DNA of 32,801 bases from a virus. Its lineage: Duplodnaviria; Caudoviricetes. The stretch is from positions 1 to 32,801 of IMG/VR virus record IMGVR_UViG_3300030376_003488. One strand, 5' to 3'. The position numbers and the translations under genes are program-made. Below the pieces are notes generated by a model. That model was given only the letters and a program-made list of their open reading frames with translations, did no database searches and had not been told where the DNA came from. This document shows positions 1 through 11,320 of this stretch, piece after piece (positions within the stretch are counted from its first letter, which is position 1; each line of letters begins with the position of its first letter).

Positions 1-1
1 C

Positions 2-3000
2 GAGAACCCTCTATTTGGTGAGTTTCTAAAACAATACTATATTTCCCAAGAATATCAGGGAGGTGCAATTGATATTGCGGATAATTTAGTTGATTATAAA
101 GGACTAGATTTTCTCAATGATGAGAATCTGATTGGATTCACATCAATATCTCAATATGCAACTGGTATTTCAGATACAATTCATGTTGATTCAACTAAAG
201 GTTGGCCTAATCAATGGGGTTTGTTGAAGGTAAATGATGAGATTATCACTTATACTGGTATAACTACAAATACCTTTACTGGATGTGTCCGTGGATTTAG
301 CGGCATCGAAAACAATGCTAAAACCAACTCGCCAGAATATCTTACTTTTACTTCTACTGGTATTGGTACTCATGCTGTGGATGCCAGAGTTACCAATTTA
401 TCTAATGTTTTTCTAACTGAGTTTAGAAAGAAACTCAAGAAACAAGTATTACATGGTTTTGCGGAAAGAAATCTTGATGAAGATCTAAATCAATCTAATT
501 TTATAAGACAAGCAAAAGACTTCTATAAGTCTAAAGGTACTGAAGAAGCGTTCAAAATATTATTTGGAGCATTATATGGTGAGACTGTTGAGATGGTTCA
601 ACCATCCAAATTCCTTGTAAGACCATCTGATGCGGATTATGTTGTAAACGATGTATTAGTATGCGAATTATTACTAGGTAATCCATTAAAAATAACTGGA
701 CAAAGTTTAATTCAGCAAACAACTCCTATTGAATCAAGTGGTTCTATTTACGATGTTGAACGTGCTGTCATAGGAGATAGGGATTTTTATAAGATTTCTA
801 TCTCTAAAGGTACTACTATTGGTAAGTTTAAGCAAGCAGGTAAGACATTTATTACAAAAAGTTCTCCTATAGGTGCGACAATTCTAAATGTTGATTCTAC
901 TGTTGGTTTTGATACTTCAGGAACTTTCGATTTTGAAGATGGAACAATAGATTATACTGGAAAGAATCTCACACAGTTTACTGGAATAACAACACTTACT
1001 TCTCCATGTGGTATTGGATCTACTGTTACATCAGGCATACCAGCATATTCTTATGAAGATGGTGATATAACTAAACTGGTTATTTTCAATGTACTGGGTG
1101 TTCTTAGTAAGTTTGTTGGAACTGGATTGAATCAGCAGAGAGAATCTGATATTGATGTAAAGACACTGGGTAAACCAAAAGATGATCTAAAATGGTCTAC
1201 TTGGATCTATAATACTGCTGCTACATATGCAATTGATGGATTTGGACTTGTCAGTCAATTTAACTATAATGTTGATCTATCAGCAGAACATCAACTATAT
1301 GTCGGTGATGAAATTGAGGTAATAGATCCAGATGGAGTTATATTCGATGGTAAAGTTACTTTCGTTTATAGTACTCTTCCAAAGCGTCTTACTATAAACA
1401 CCCCTACATTAGATCCAGATACAAAGTATTCTATACGCAGAAAATTAAAAGTTAGTGTAGATGGATATACTGCAGATGTTCAAAATACGTATTCTGACGA
1501 TAATACTTTATATGTTGCGTCTAATAGTTTCCCACATTGGAATATTGATCCGCAAAAAAGGATTCGTGAGTTTACTAATTCAGGTATAACTACGACTACT
1601 GTAGAAATATCAATTATTGATCATAATTTACATGATGGTGATCTAATAGTATATACATCTTCAGGAATAGGCACACTAACAAATTTAAATGAAGGTCAAC
1701 CATATTACATCAAGAAAGTTAATGATAATTCTGTAAAACTTGCATATACTGCTGAAAACGTCCGTAGAGGGCAATTCCTTACTGCATTCAGTGGATCTGA
1801 TATATCAGGTACTTCTACCCACTTCCTGACCCCCTCAATAGTCTCTGGGACATCATTAGGACCACAAAAGTTACTTAGAAAGTTCGAAGAACCTGAATTT
1901 GCTTCAGAACATGATAAAACTGTTCAAGGTGGTGTTGGGTTATTTGCTAATGGTGTTGAGGCTTATTCTTATAAATCAACCGACATAGTTTACTATGGAC
2001 CTTTAGAATCTGTTGAAGTTCTTAATGAGGGTTATGATTATGATGTAATCAACCCACCACGTATTGCTGTCAATCAAGATGGTCATACTGGGGCTGGTGC
2101 TTCGGTTATAGCGCAAGTTCAAGGTAGTCTTACTGAAGTTCTTGTTAATACTCGTGGTATAGACTACGAAGAAACACCTACTGTAAAAATAATAGGCGGT
2201 AATAATACGACTGCTATACTAAAAGCGAATATGAAGACCGACCATCAGTCGGTTGAGTTTGATTCAACTTCTACTGGTTCGGTAGTTAATACAGCAACAG
2301 ACAGGTTTGTTTTCTCAGAACCGCATGGTTTCAAGAATGGTGAGGAGATTATATACGATTCTAATGATAGTACAACCATAGGTATTGGTATAACGCCAGG
2401 TAATTTGGTAGATACCGCACCATACTATGTCGTAAAACTAGATGATTTTCAGATTCATATCTCAGAATCTAGGACAAAAGCGTTATCTGGTATTGGTACT
2501 ATTGATTTAACTACTAATGGTGGTGGATTGCAAAGGTTCAAAACCACTGCTAGAAGAAATATTGTAGATAAAATTGCTATAGAAGATTCAGGATTATTCA
2601 AGAATAGAGAAATCAAGACACCAACTGTAGGTGTGAATACATTTACTAGTGTTATAAACATCAATCAACATGGTTTTGATCATGGTGATATTATTAAGTA
2701 TTCGACTACTGGTAGTGTTATTGGTGGTTTGACTGCTAATACAGAGTATTATGTTGATAAGATTACTGATGATCAGTTTAGAATATCTTCTTCAAAAACT
2801 CTTGCCACTTATATTGATCTTACTAATTCTGGATTAGGGGTACATATATTCCAAGATCCTCCAATATCAATTGATATAAGTGGTAGACAGGGTATTAGTA
2901 CTTCTAATGCTACTGCTACCCCTATTATAAGAGGACAAGTAAAATCTATTCATGTTAGTGAAAATGGTAGTGAATGGGGATCTACTGTTATCAACGATAA

Positions 3001-6000
3001 CTTTAAACCTGTTATTGATACAGTTATTGGTAAGAATGCATTTATACAACCGTTTATTGTAAATGGTCAAATAGATCAAATAATTGTCAAACATGGTGGA
3101 ACAGAATTCTGGAGTACACCTGATGTTATTATTGATGGTGATGGTGTAGGGGCTAAAGCAAAGGCAGTTGTATATGACGGAACAATAATTAGGATTGATA
3201 TTATTGATAAAGGTATTGGATATACTCAAGAACAGACAACTGCTACAGCAAAAACACCTGGTACTGATGCAATCTTCTCAAGTAATATAAAAACTTGGAC
3301 AGTAAACCAAGTTGATAGGTATGCTAGGTATGGTGATGTCAATGAGGATGATGGATTCTATGAAACTGCAAGAGATTCTGATTTAGGTAATCCATATATC
3401 AATTACTACATTCCAAGGTTACTGAGAGATTGGTTAGGTGATGTTGGTCAAGATCATTCTCCTATTGTTGGATGGGCGTATGATGGTAACCCAATATACG
3501 GTCCTTATGGTATTGTGGATGGAGGATTCAAATATATGGAGTCTAGTTATATAAAATTAGCTAGTCAAAGAGTAGATGGTCCTAATATTTCTAAGTATCC
3601 TGCAGGATTTTTCTGTGAAGATTATACTTATGTTGAGGGTGTTGGTGACTTAGATGAGCATAATGGTAGATATGCTGCAACTCCTGAGTTTCCAAATGGT
3701 GTATATGCGTATCACACTACTGTTGATCCAGTTCCCGTAAATAACCCAACTGATCCATTTAACGGAGTTAGAAGACCAATATTCCCATATATTATTGGTG
3801 ATACTTATCATTCCAGAATCAACGAATTCAATATTGGATTTGATAATGATCAGGATTTAGATCCTGTCAAATTGAATTTAGTTAGGAATACAAAACCGCA
3901 TAACATACCAGAATATGAATTTATAAGTAACTCAAATAAGAATACTGGTAAAAATGCTAAACTTTCTAATACTAAGAGTGGATCTGTAGAAAGTGTTGAT
4001 ATTATTATTAGTGGTCAAGATTATAATGTTGGCGACAAGTTAGTTTTTGATAATAGAGAAACTGATGGTTTTGGTGCTATTGGTAAAGTTAGTCGCATAG
4101 AAGGACCAGGAATCAATACACTTACAACTACAATTACTACTTGGCCAAATGTTGTTCTTTCATATGAGAAAAACACGGTAATAGGTATAGCAACATATCC
4201 TCATTCTATTCCTGATGGTGCAAGTATACAGATAGTTGGTATATCTACAAATACTCATGATTCACTTGGTGGTCTTGTAACGATAGCTGTAAGAGAAGTT
4301 AGCACCAATCTTGGGGTGGCAATGCGTCCTGTAACCACTTCTGGTATGACTACTAGTGTTTATATTACTGATTGGTTACCTGAATACGTTACATCCGATT
4401 ATAAGTTTAGTGTGGATGATATCGTTCTAATTGATAGTGAACAACTAAAAATTCTCAATTTTGATGTCAAGAATAATAGATTAGAAATGTTGAGAGCACA
4501 GAACGGTACTACTGGTGCTGCTCATACATTTGGAACTAAAATCACTAGATTGGAAAAGGAGTTTACTTATACTGCACCATCTAGTTTTGATCTAAGTACA
4601 CCTACAGATGAGGCATATTATTTCAATGCTGAGAAGTCTGTTGGAGTTGGTCTGACATTTGGTGTTGGTATTGGTAGTACTGTTAGTGTTGCTGCTAGAG
4701 GCGGTAATCAAATAGTAGCATTCCATGGCAACGAAATAAAGGATAAGTTTATTCCAACTAGATCAATATACATTCCAGATCACCCATTCACTACTGGAGA
4801 TAAAGTTCTCTATAGTCCTGGAGCAGGTACATCCCTAACGTATCAGACTGATGCAATGAAGAGGATGAATGTTGGATTCAAACGTCCATTGCCACCAGAA
4901 TTATATGTTCAAGTAATTGATAATAGTTTAGTTGGTATTGTAACCACTCAATCTGGTATTGGATCTGATTTGCAGAGAGTTATGTTTGATACCAATAATG
5001 TTGCTATTGGTAATACTCATTCCTTAAAGACAAATCGTGACGTAATAACTGCTAGTGCAAAAGTTCATAAAGTTACTGCAACTACTGCTCAACCTCATAC
5101 TCTAAGACCAAAGGATGTCATAGATCTGACTATAGTATCATCTGCTACTAGTTCTGTTACTGCAGCATATGATCCTGGTAATAGATTTGTAAGTATTGGA
5201 TCTTCTGTCAATCCTCCTATTTCTCTAATTAAAGGTGATACTCTAAGTGTTGATACTTCTAGTGTTTCACTTTTGAATACTAGGTTAGAATTTTTCTTAG
5301 ATAACAAATATAATAAACCATTTGTAGGGTCTGGTGTTTCTACTATAGAAGTACAGAATTTTGGAATACCTGGAAATGCAGGATCTCTAACTAAAATTCA
5401 TTTTACAGAGCAAGTTCCAGAAGTACTTTACTATAAATTCTTACCATTACAGAATACTAAAGTAATTGAAGTAAATACTGATATTGTAGATTACTCTAAG
5501 ATATTTGTAAATGTAAGTAAGTTTACTGGTAAGCATACTATTAGTAGCATAACATCTACTACTTTTGACTTCAATTTATTTGATTTTCCTGAGGTAGTTG
5601 GATATAGTAGTGAGTCACTAATCCGTTATACAACTGATTCTAAGAATATTATTGGACCTATTAGTTCTATTGAATTGCAGAGTGGTGGTGTTCAATATAT
5701 CGATACCCCTGAAGTTTCTGTTGCTTCTACTACAGGATCTTCTGCAACCTTAAAGGCATTTGGTAGTGATATTGGTGCTATTGATAAAGTAACCACGATT
5801 GATGCTGGTTATGACTATCCTTCAGATGGTACATTACAACCTCAAGCAGCAGTCCCTCAAGTTTTATTCCTAAAAGATAATTTCTCTATTGGTTCAGTTG
5901 CTATTACTTCAACAGGAAGAAATTATCTAACTCCACCAAATTTCGTAGTTTATAATAGTAAAACTGATTCAGTAAATCAGGGACCACAATTTGAATCTCA

Positions 6001-7384
6001 AATGACTGGTGGTTCTGTTACTGGTGTAAAGATTATTTCTGGTGGTGGTAATTTAAGTAGTGGTGACGTTGAAATACATGCTGTAGATAATACTAATGGT
6101 GTTGGTATTATTAGTGCATTATATGCTTCTGGATCCAAAACTGTAACTCTTAGATTACAAACACCTCAGACTGGATTTACAACAGCAGTTCCTTTCCCAT
6201 TTACAGTTGGTGATAAAGTATTTGTAGAGAACGTAGGGGTTCAGACAGGTAATGGATATAACTCTGCAGATTATGGATATAAACCATTTACTCTAACTGG
6301 AGTAACAACCGCTTATGGAAATATAAACCAAGCAACAGTAACTTATGTTGTAGATAAAGATCCTGGTATGCATGACTATGCCAAATATGGAACAGTAACT
6401 AATGATAAGGATCTTGCTAAGTTCAAAGTATCGTTAGTTGAAAGTGAATTCCTAAATGGAGAACCAGTAACTAGTTCTAGTGGAGGTGTAGCAGAAGTAG
6501 TCAAAGGTATTGGTAAGACACGTAACGTTTTACGTATTGATAGTTTAGTAGGTTTCAATACGGGAGATACTGTAAAGGGAGCATATTCTACTGCTGGTGG
6601 TACAATAGATTCTTCTCAAGAATATACTGGACACTTTGAATTAGATAGTTCTTTCGAAAAACCATTTGGATGGGAAAGAGATACTGGTAAACTAAGTGAT
6701 TTCTATCAAAGAGTTCAGGATAATGATTATTATCAGAACTTTGCTTATGCTCTCAAGAGTACAGTTGGTATAGCATCTTGGAGTGAACCAGTTGATTCAG
6801 TAGCACATATTGCTGGATTCAAGAAGCATTCTGATCTAATAATAAACTCAACACCATCAACAGCACCACAAGTTGCTGGAATATCATCTGGTGCTGGTGG
6901 TGTTATATTACTTGATGCTGAAGCTTCTTTATTCGATAGACATCAATATGATATTGTAACTGAGAATACTAACCTAGAAGAAACTATTAGTGATGAGATC
7001 ACATTTACCTCAGGAAGGTTTGGTGATGCTCTTATATGTAAAACTAATAGAGTATTAGAAATTGATGATATAAGTCCTCAATTCTATTCTGATCCAGATC
7101 TTATTAGATCTGTTGAACTTGATACATTTGATATGTTGACAGGTGGTCCTGATGGTAGTGGTATCACCGCAATCAAATATTACGCACAGGTAAGTCTTGA
7201 TGTTGCTTTGGGAGTATCTTTCAATGCTACTCAGTATTCAGAATTTGTTGTATTCCATGATGGAACTGATGCTTATTTGAACACATATTCAGAATTGTCT
7301 GATTATGATGATCTTGGTGAATTTACAACTAGTACAAATGGTCAACTTGCAAGTGTAATGTTTGTACCAGCTAACTCAGCTTAA
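2..7384 (+). CDS. g7: Giant baseplate wedge initiator-like virion protein (T4 gp7-like, cyanophage type), 5'-truncated by the window edge; contains a YHYH-type domain
   Basis: The frame is open from base 2 (ENPLFGEFLKQYYISQEYQGG...), in frame with the ORF called at 221, so the true start lies upstream. The FIRQAKDFYKSKGTEEAFKILFGALYG block is typical of gp7-like N-termini. Repeated HxxxxGD/GxGY beta modules. Lies upstream of gp8. Confidence 0.8.
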   Translation, partial: ENPLFGEFLKQYYISQEYQGGAIDIADNLVDYKGLDFLNDENLIGFTSISQYATGISDTIHVDSTKGWPNQWGLLKVNDEIITYTGITTNTFTGCVRGFSGIENNAKTNSPEYLTFTSTGIGTHAVDARVTNLSNVFLTEFRKKLKKQVLHGFAERNLDEDLNQSNFIRQAKDFYKSKGTEEAFKILFGALYGETVEMVQPSKFLVRPSDADYVVNDVLVCELLLGNPLKITGQSLIQQTTPIESSGSIYDVERAVIGDRDFYKISISKGTTIGKFKQAGKTFITKSSPIGATILNVDSTVGFDTSGTFDFEDGTIDYTGKNLTQFTGITTLTSPCGIGSTVTSGIPAYSYEDGDITKLVIFNVLGVLSKFVGTGLNQQRESDIDVKTLGKPKDDLKWSTWIYNTAATYAIDGFGLVSQFNYNVDLSAEHQLYVGDEIEVIDPDGVIFDGKVTFVYSTLPKRLTINTPTLDPDTKYSIRRKLKVSVDGYTADVQNTYSDDNTLYVASNSFPHWNIDPQKRIREFTNSGITTTTVEISIIDHNLHDGDLIVYTSSGIGTLTNLNEGQPYYIKKVNDNSVKLAYTAENVRRGQFLTAFSGSDISGTSTHFLTPSIVSGTSLGPQKLLRKFEEPEFASEHDKTVQGGVGLFANGVEAYSYKSTDIVYYGPLESVEVLNEGYDYDVINPPRIAVNQDGHTGAGASVIAQVQGSLTEVLVNTRGIDYEETPTVKIIGGNNTTAILKANMKTDHQSVEFDSTSTGSVVNTATDRFVFSEPHGFKNGEEIIYDSNDSTTIGIGITPGNLVDTAPYYVVKLDDFQIHISESRTKALSGIGTIDLTTNGGGLQRFKTTARRNIVDKIAIEDSGLFKNREIKTPTVGVNTFTSVININQHGFDHGDIIKYSTTGSVIGGLTANTEYYVDKITDDQFRISSSKTLATYIDLTNSGLGVHIFQDPPISIDISGRQGISTSNATATPIIRGQVKSIHVSENGSEWGSTVINDNFKPVIDTVIGKNAFIQPFIVNGQIDQIIVKHGGTEFWSTPDVIIDGDGVGAKAKAVVYDGTIIRIDIIDKGIGYTQEQTTATAKTPGTDAIFSSNIKTWTVNQVDRYARYGDVNEDDGFYETARDSDLGNPYINYYIPRLLRDWLGDVGQDHSPIVGWAYDGNPIYGPYGIVDGGFKYMESSYIKLASQRVDGPNISKYPAGFFCEDYTYVEGVGDLDEHNGRYAATPEFPNGVYAYHTTVDPVPVNNPTDPFNGVRRPIFPYIIGDTYHSRINEFNIGFDNDQDLDPVKLNLVRNTKPHNIPEYEFISNSNKNTGKNAKLSNTKSGSVESVDIIISGQDYNVGDKLVFDNRETDGFGAIGKVSRIEGPGINTLTTTITTWPNVVLSYEKNTVIGIATYPHSIPDGASIQIVGISTNTHDSLGGLVTIAVREVSTNLGVAMRPVTTSGMTTSVYITDWLPEYVTSDYKFSVDDIVLIDSEQLKILNFDVKNNRLEMLRAQNGTTGAAHTFGTKITRLEKEFTYTAPSSFDLSTPTDEAYYFNAEKSVGVGLTFGVGIGSTVSVAARGGNQIVAFHGNEIKDKFIPTRSIYIPDHPFTTGDKVLYSPGAGTSLTYQTDAMKRMNVGFKRPLPPELYVQVIDNSLVGIVTTQSGIGSDLQRVMFDTNNVAIGNTHSLKTNRDVITASAKVHKVTATTAQPHTLRPKDVIDLTIVSSATSSVTAAYDPGNRFVSIGSSVNPPISLIKGDTLSVDTSSVSLLNTRLEFFLDNKYNKPFVGSGVSTIEVQNFGIPGNAGSLTKIHFTEQVPEVLYYKFLPLQNTKVIEVNTDIVDYSKIFVNVSKFTGKHTISSITSTTFDFNLFDFPEVVGYSSESLIRYTTDSKNIIGPISSIELQSGGVQYIDTPEVSVASTTGSSATLKAFGSDIGAIDKVTTIDAGYDYPSDGTLQPQAAVPQVLFLKDNFSIGSVAITSTGRNYLTPPNFVVYNSKTDSVNQGPQFESQMTGGSVTGVKIISGGGNLSSGDVEIHAVDNTNGVGIISALYASGSKTVTLRLQTPQTGFTTAVPFPFTVGDKVFVENVGVQTGNGYNSADYGYKPFTLTGVTTAYGNINQATVTYVVDKDPGMHDYAKYGTVTNDKDLAKFKVSLVESEFLNGEPVTSSSGGVAEVVKGIGKTRNVLRIDSLVGFNTGDTVKGAYSTAGGTIDSSQEYTGHFELDSSFEKPFGWERDTGKLSDFYQRVQDNDYYQNFAYALKSTVGIASWSEPVDSVAHIAGFKKHSDLIINSTPSTAPQVAGISSGAGGVILLDAEASLFDRHQYDIVTENTNLEETISDEITFTSGRFGDALICKTNRVLEIDDISPQFYSDPDLIRSVELDTFDMLTGGPDGSGITAIKYYAQVSLDVALGVSFNATQYSEFVVFHDGTDAYLNTYSELSDYDDLGEFTTSTNGQLASVMFVPANSA
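3455..3800 (+). other. YHYH-like domain embedded in the gp7-like protein
   Basis: HSPIVGWAYDGNPIYGPYG...GDLDEHNGRYAATPEFPNGVYAYH...FPYIIG matches the motif pattern of the YHYH family. Confidence 0.75.
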
Positions 7385-8174
7385 TGCTGTAGGAGTAGCA
7401 ACTACTTCATTTGGTTTCCAACAGTATGTTGGTGAAACTAAAGCATTAGCGGTGAATGGTTCATTAGTACAGCAGGATGTAATTTCGATTGATGCTACTA
7501 AGTATAAGTCTGGTACTATATTGGTTGCAGCAAGAAAGAGTGGTGGACAAAGAGAAATTGATGAATTTACTTGGTTAGCAGATGGAGCTAATAACGTTAT
7601 CTTTACTGCTTACGGTAACATGCTAGGTACTACTGATGTTGGTGCATTAGCTCTTGATATGGCAAGTAATACCTTGAAATTGAAGCATACTCCTCCTGTT
7701 GGTGTTGCAGTTACTATTTCTACACTTGCTCGTAATGTTGGTGTTGCTCAGACAGTTACTGGTACAGGAATTACTGGTAACTATGAAATTGGTGATACTG
7801 CTTTGAGTAATACATACACTACTATTACTGCTACTGGTTCTCCTAGTACTAATATTATATCTCAAAAGAATTACAGTAACTATTCTACATGCAAATATAG
7901 AATTGAGATACAAAACACCACAGATAGTACTTGGTCAACGTTCGTAGTTGGATCTAATTCCTATGGTGGAAATTCTAACTGGAACAGATATAATAACCTG
8001 TCAACCGCTACCGATCAAAAACGAGATATGCGAGCGACGGATATATATGTTATCGGTGGTAATACTCAGTTGAGATTTACTCCTCTAGCTAATAAAGCTT
8101 ATATTGTTAGAGTTTCTGAGATGAAGATCGATAAACCAGATGTTGTTTCAAGTAACATAACCTTTACACTCTAA
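7362..8174 (+). CDS. Probable C-terminal portion of the gp7-like protein in the +1 frame (or a separate structural protein)
   Basis: Weak TTG start inside the upstream gene. Encodes two more copies of the beta-sandwich repeat that begins at the end of the upstream ORF. Its stop is coupled (TAATG) to the next gene. Confidence 0.6.
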   Translation: MYQLTQLNAVGVATTSFGFQQYVGETKALAVNGSLVQQDVISIDATKYKSGTILVAARKSGGQREIDEFTWLADGANNVIFTAYGNMLGTTDVGALALDMASNTLKLKHTPPVGVAVTISTLARNVGVAQTVTGTGITGNYEIGDTALSNTYTTITATGSPSTNIISQKNYSNYSTCKYRIEIQNTTDSTWSTFVVGSNSYGGNSNWNRYNNLSTATDQKRDMRATDIYVIGGNTQLRFTPLANKAYIVRVSEMKIDKPDVVSSNITFTL

Positions 8175-11100
8175 TGGCATTTCAGTTAGGATCAGTTAAT
8201 AAAATTTTCAATACTGAAAGTGAAAGTTTTCAGAAGTCATTTAACCTGACTCATAAGGGAGATCCTATATTTTTTCATGAGTTTGATGGTGGATCTAGTA
8301 CCAATGTTTTAATAGGTGCTGATACGTTTGTAATAAAAAATCATTTTTTTATTGCTGGAGAAGAAATTGAATATAGTCATGCTGGTAATGTTAGAGGTAT
8401 TGGTATAGATCATGAAAGTATTGGAATAGGTAATGATACTATTTTACCTTCATCTGTATTTGTGATCAAAGTTGATGAAAATAGATTCAAACTTGCTGCT
8501 ACTAGAGCACATGCAATAGCAAATAACCCAATTGGTTTGACTACTGTTGGTGTTGGAACAACACATAGTTTCAAATGTAAAAAATTAGATAGTAGATGTA
8601 TTATTTCAATTGATAGTGTTCTGCAGTCACCAATCATAACAAAAACTGGTACTGCTACGACTACTGGAAAAACTGTCTTGAATCGTGAAGTTCTTTTTCA
8701 TGATACAACAGGATTCAAACATTATGATCTAGTGCAAATTGATGATGAAGTTATGAGAATCCAAGTAATTGGATTCGGTACAATTACTAATAATGTCTTG
8801 GTTGACAGGGCATGGTTAGGTACTTATGAACAACCTCATTTAGGTAATGCAGCAATAACTTTACTTAAAGGTGATTATCGAATTGAAAAAGATCAAATAC
8901 ATTTTCAAGACGTACCTTTTGGTGGAACTAGGCAAACTATTGGAATAACTTCAAGTGCAGTTAATGTAGCTGATAATACTTTTACTGCTCTTACTGATGT
9001 CTTTGATAATGGAACAAAAGTAAAAATAAGATCTCTTGTACCACCAGCACCTTTAGTTGCTAATAGTGATTATTTTATTATAAAGAATGCTAATAATACA
9101 TTCTCTCTTGCTTCTGATAGAGGTAATGCTGCAGTTGGTCTTGCGATTACAATGACCAGTGCAGGTATTGGTACACACAAATTACTTGTAGCAGATGTTG
9201 TTGATGGTAGTACTTTCCAAGGTAGATCCTTTATGAGGTCTGACTATAGTGGTAACTATGTGTTAGATGATCTTTCTGGAGGATTCACTGGTATTGCAAA
9301 AACCTTTACTATGACTACCAATAATGGTACTAATATAACAGGTATTGGAACTGATTATGGTATCATACTAATTAATAATCAATTCCAAAAACCAGACACT
9401 GATTATGAATATGATGAAACTGTAGGAATAACTTCAATAGTATTCACTGGAAATGATATTGCAGGACAAACAGAAACATATAGTACTTCTGACGTAACTG
9501 CTAATAGACTTCCTAGGAAGGGTATTATTGTATCGATTGGTAATAGTCAAGGATTTGGATATCAAAAATTACAAGCTGGAATTGGTACTGCTGTAGTTTC
9601 AGGATTTGGAACTATTAGTGCTGCTATAGGATTTACTGGTAGTGGTTATAGAGGTGCTGGTACTGTATTCAAGGTACATGTGGATGGTGGTAGTCATACT
9701 ACAAGTGCTGGTGGTACTTTCTCTATACAGGATGGACATCTAAAAACAGTTTGGATGGATAGTCCTGGTGTAGGATATACATGGACCAATCCTCCATTGT
9801 TGAGATTAGATGCTCCATATGCATATGATGATCTAGCACTTACTAGTTCTGGAACTGGAATAGGTGCTTCTGTATCTGTTCAAGTATCTGCTGCTGGTAG
9901 TATTTCTGCTCCTGTTCTAACCAAGACTGGTTATGGATATACTATTGGTGAGAAGATGACTATTGCAGGAATACCGACTTCCTTCGGTGCTGGTACTAAT
10001 TTTGTTCCTGCAGAATTTACAATTACCGATACCATGGATGATAAGTTCGCTGGATGGGTATTAGGTAAATTCCAAATTTTAGATGATTTTTCTGGTGAGT
10101 TCAACGGTAGTAAAACTCAATTTACTATACAAGAGAATAATAAGGATCTAAGTATTGAAAAAATTACTGGAAGTGTAATAGAGTTAGATCAGATATTATT
10201 AGTATTTTTGAATGAGGTTCTACAAAAACCAGGAGTTGCATATGAGTTTACTGGTGGAACACAAATAAAATTCACTGAACCACCAGCACAAGGTACTACT
10301 TGTCAGATTCTTTTCTATAGAGGAACTGATGCTGATATTGAGACTGCTTCAGCAGTAGAGACAATAACCAAAGGTGACACTGTTACTATCTTTACTTCAC
10401 CTAAAAATAGAGCTATTCTTACTCAAGATCCAAGGACTATTAGAGAAGTAGTTTCTAGAGATACCTTACAAACCACTTTCTATAAAGGTCAAGGTATTAC
10501 TGCTGCTAAAGATCCAAAGAGACCTGTTACTTGGACTAAACAGAAGGATGATAAATTTGTTGATGGAGTAAAAGTAAGTAAGGCAAGAGGTTTATATGCT
10601 GGACAAGTTTTCCCTGCTACAAATATTATTGCTGGTGTAGGAACGACTTCCACATCCATATATGCTCAGTCTGGAGTAATTGCTTTCACAAAAACTGAAG
10701 ATCCAAACATTACTGAGTTTGGAATTAGGATAGTGGATAGTAATAAAAACAATACTGGATTTGGTACAACAGGATTTACTAATCCATATAAGCAACTAGA
10801 AGAATTATCAATGGATGGTGATGATGGTATTATTGTAGGTATTGGATCAACTGCAAAAGGAATACAGTTTGAATTTTCAATTCCATCAACTTCTGTATTG
10901 AGAGATAATGCTTACGGTGGATATACGGAAACTGGTATTGGAACTGGTGACTACTTTGTGGTTAGCAGATCTAATGTTGGTAGTGGTGTAACAGCACGGT
11001 CCTTCAATGGATCATCTACTGTTGGTATGACTACTGTTGCTCTTGATGGAGTATTCCAAGTAAGTGATATTGCAAGAGTAGGTTCTGGTCAAACGATCAG

Positions 11101-11320
11101 GGTATCTACTGAGATTGTATCAGGACATGGATGCAACTTTACTGGACTTAGTTCTGGTACAGGTAATTATTATGGTTCTTATAGTTGGGCTAAATTTACT
11201 TTAGCTGCTGGTAGAGTTGTTGGTTTAGCATATACTGCTAACACACTTAATGGTCTAACTGGACTAACAACTGCGCCCGAAATTCAAAGAACAACTAAAC
11301 TATCTCTAGATTACACATAA
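8174..11320 (+). CDS. Large baseplate/virion structural protein (cyanophage type)
   Basis: 1048-aa G/T/S-rich ORF with LDDxSxxFxGxxxxF and VFLNEVLQKPG modules typical of cyanomyophage baseplate proteins. TAATG-coupled start. Sits between the gp7-like gene and gp8. Confidence 0.75.
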   Translation: MAFQLGSVNKIFNTESESFQKSFNLTHKGDPIFFHEFDGGSSTNVLIGADTFVIKNHFFIAGEEIEYSHAGNVRGIGIDHESIGIGNDTILPSSVFVIKVDENRFKLAATRAHAIANNPIGLTTVGVGTTHSFKCKKLDSRCIISIDSVLQSPIITKTGTATTTGKTVLNREVLFHDTTGFKHYDLVQIDDEVMRIQVIGFGTITNNVLVDRAWLGTYEQPHLGNAAITLLKGDYRIEKDQIHFQDVPFGGTRQTIGITSSAVNVADNTFTALTDVFDNGTKVKIRSLVPPAPLVANSDYFIIKNANNTFSLASDRGNAAVGLAITMTSAGIGTHKLLVADVVDGSTFQGRSFMRSDYSGNYVLDDLSGGFTGIAKTFTMTTNNGTNITGIGTDYGIILINNQFQKPDTDYEYDETVGITSIVFTGNDIAGQTETYSTSDVTANRLPRKGIIVSIGNSQGFGYQKLQAGIGTAVVSGFGTISAAIGFTGSGYRGAGTVFKVHVDGGSHTTSAGGTFSIQDGHLKTVWMDSPGVGYTWTNPPLLRLDAPYAYDDLALTSSGTGIGASVSVQVSAAGSISAPVLTKTGYGYTIGEKMTIAGIPTSFGAGTNFVPAEFTITDTMDDKFAGWVLGKFQILDDFSGEFNGSKTQFTIQENNKDLSIEKITGSVIELDQILLVFLNEVLQKPGVAYEFTGGTQIKFTEPPAQGTTCQILFYRGTDADIETASAVETITKGDTVTIFTSPKNRAILTQDPRTIREVVSRDTLQTTFYKGQGITAAKDPKRPVTWTKQKDDKFVDGVKVSKARGLYAGQVFPATNIIAGVGTTSTSIYAQSGVIAFTKTEDPNITEFGIRIVDSNKNNTGFGTTGFTNPYKQLEELSMDGDDGIIVGIGSTAKGIQFEFSIPSTSVLRDNAYGGYTETGIGTGDYFVVSRSNVGSGVTARSFNGSSTVGMTTVALDGVFQVSDIARVGSGQTIRVSTEIVSGHGCNFTGLSSGTGNYYGSYSWAKFTLAAGRVVGLAYTANTLNGLTGLTTAPEIQRTTKLSLDYT

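Noticed and set aside
221-223. TTG start called for the first ORF
   Set aside because: The frame is open and protein-like back to base 2, so the real start is outside the window.
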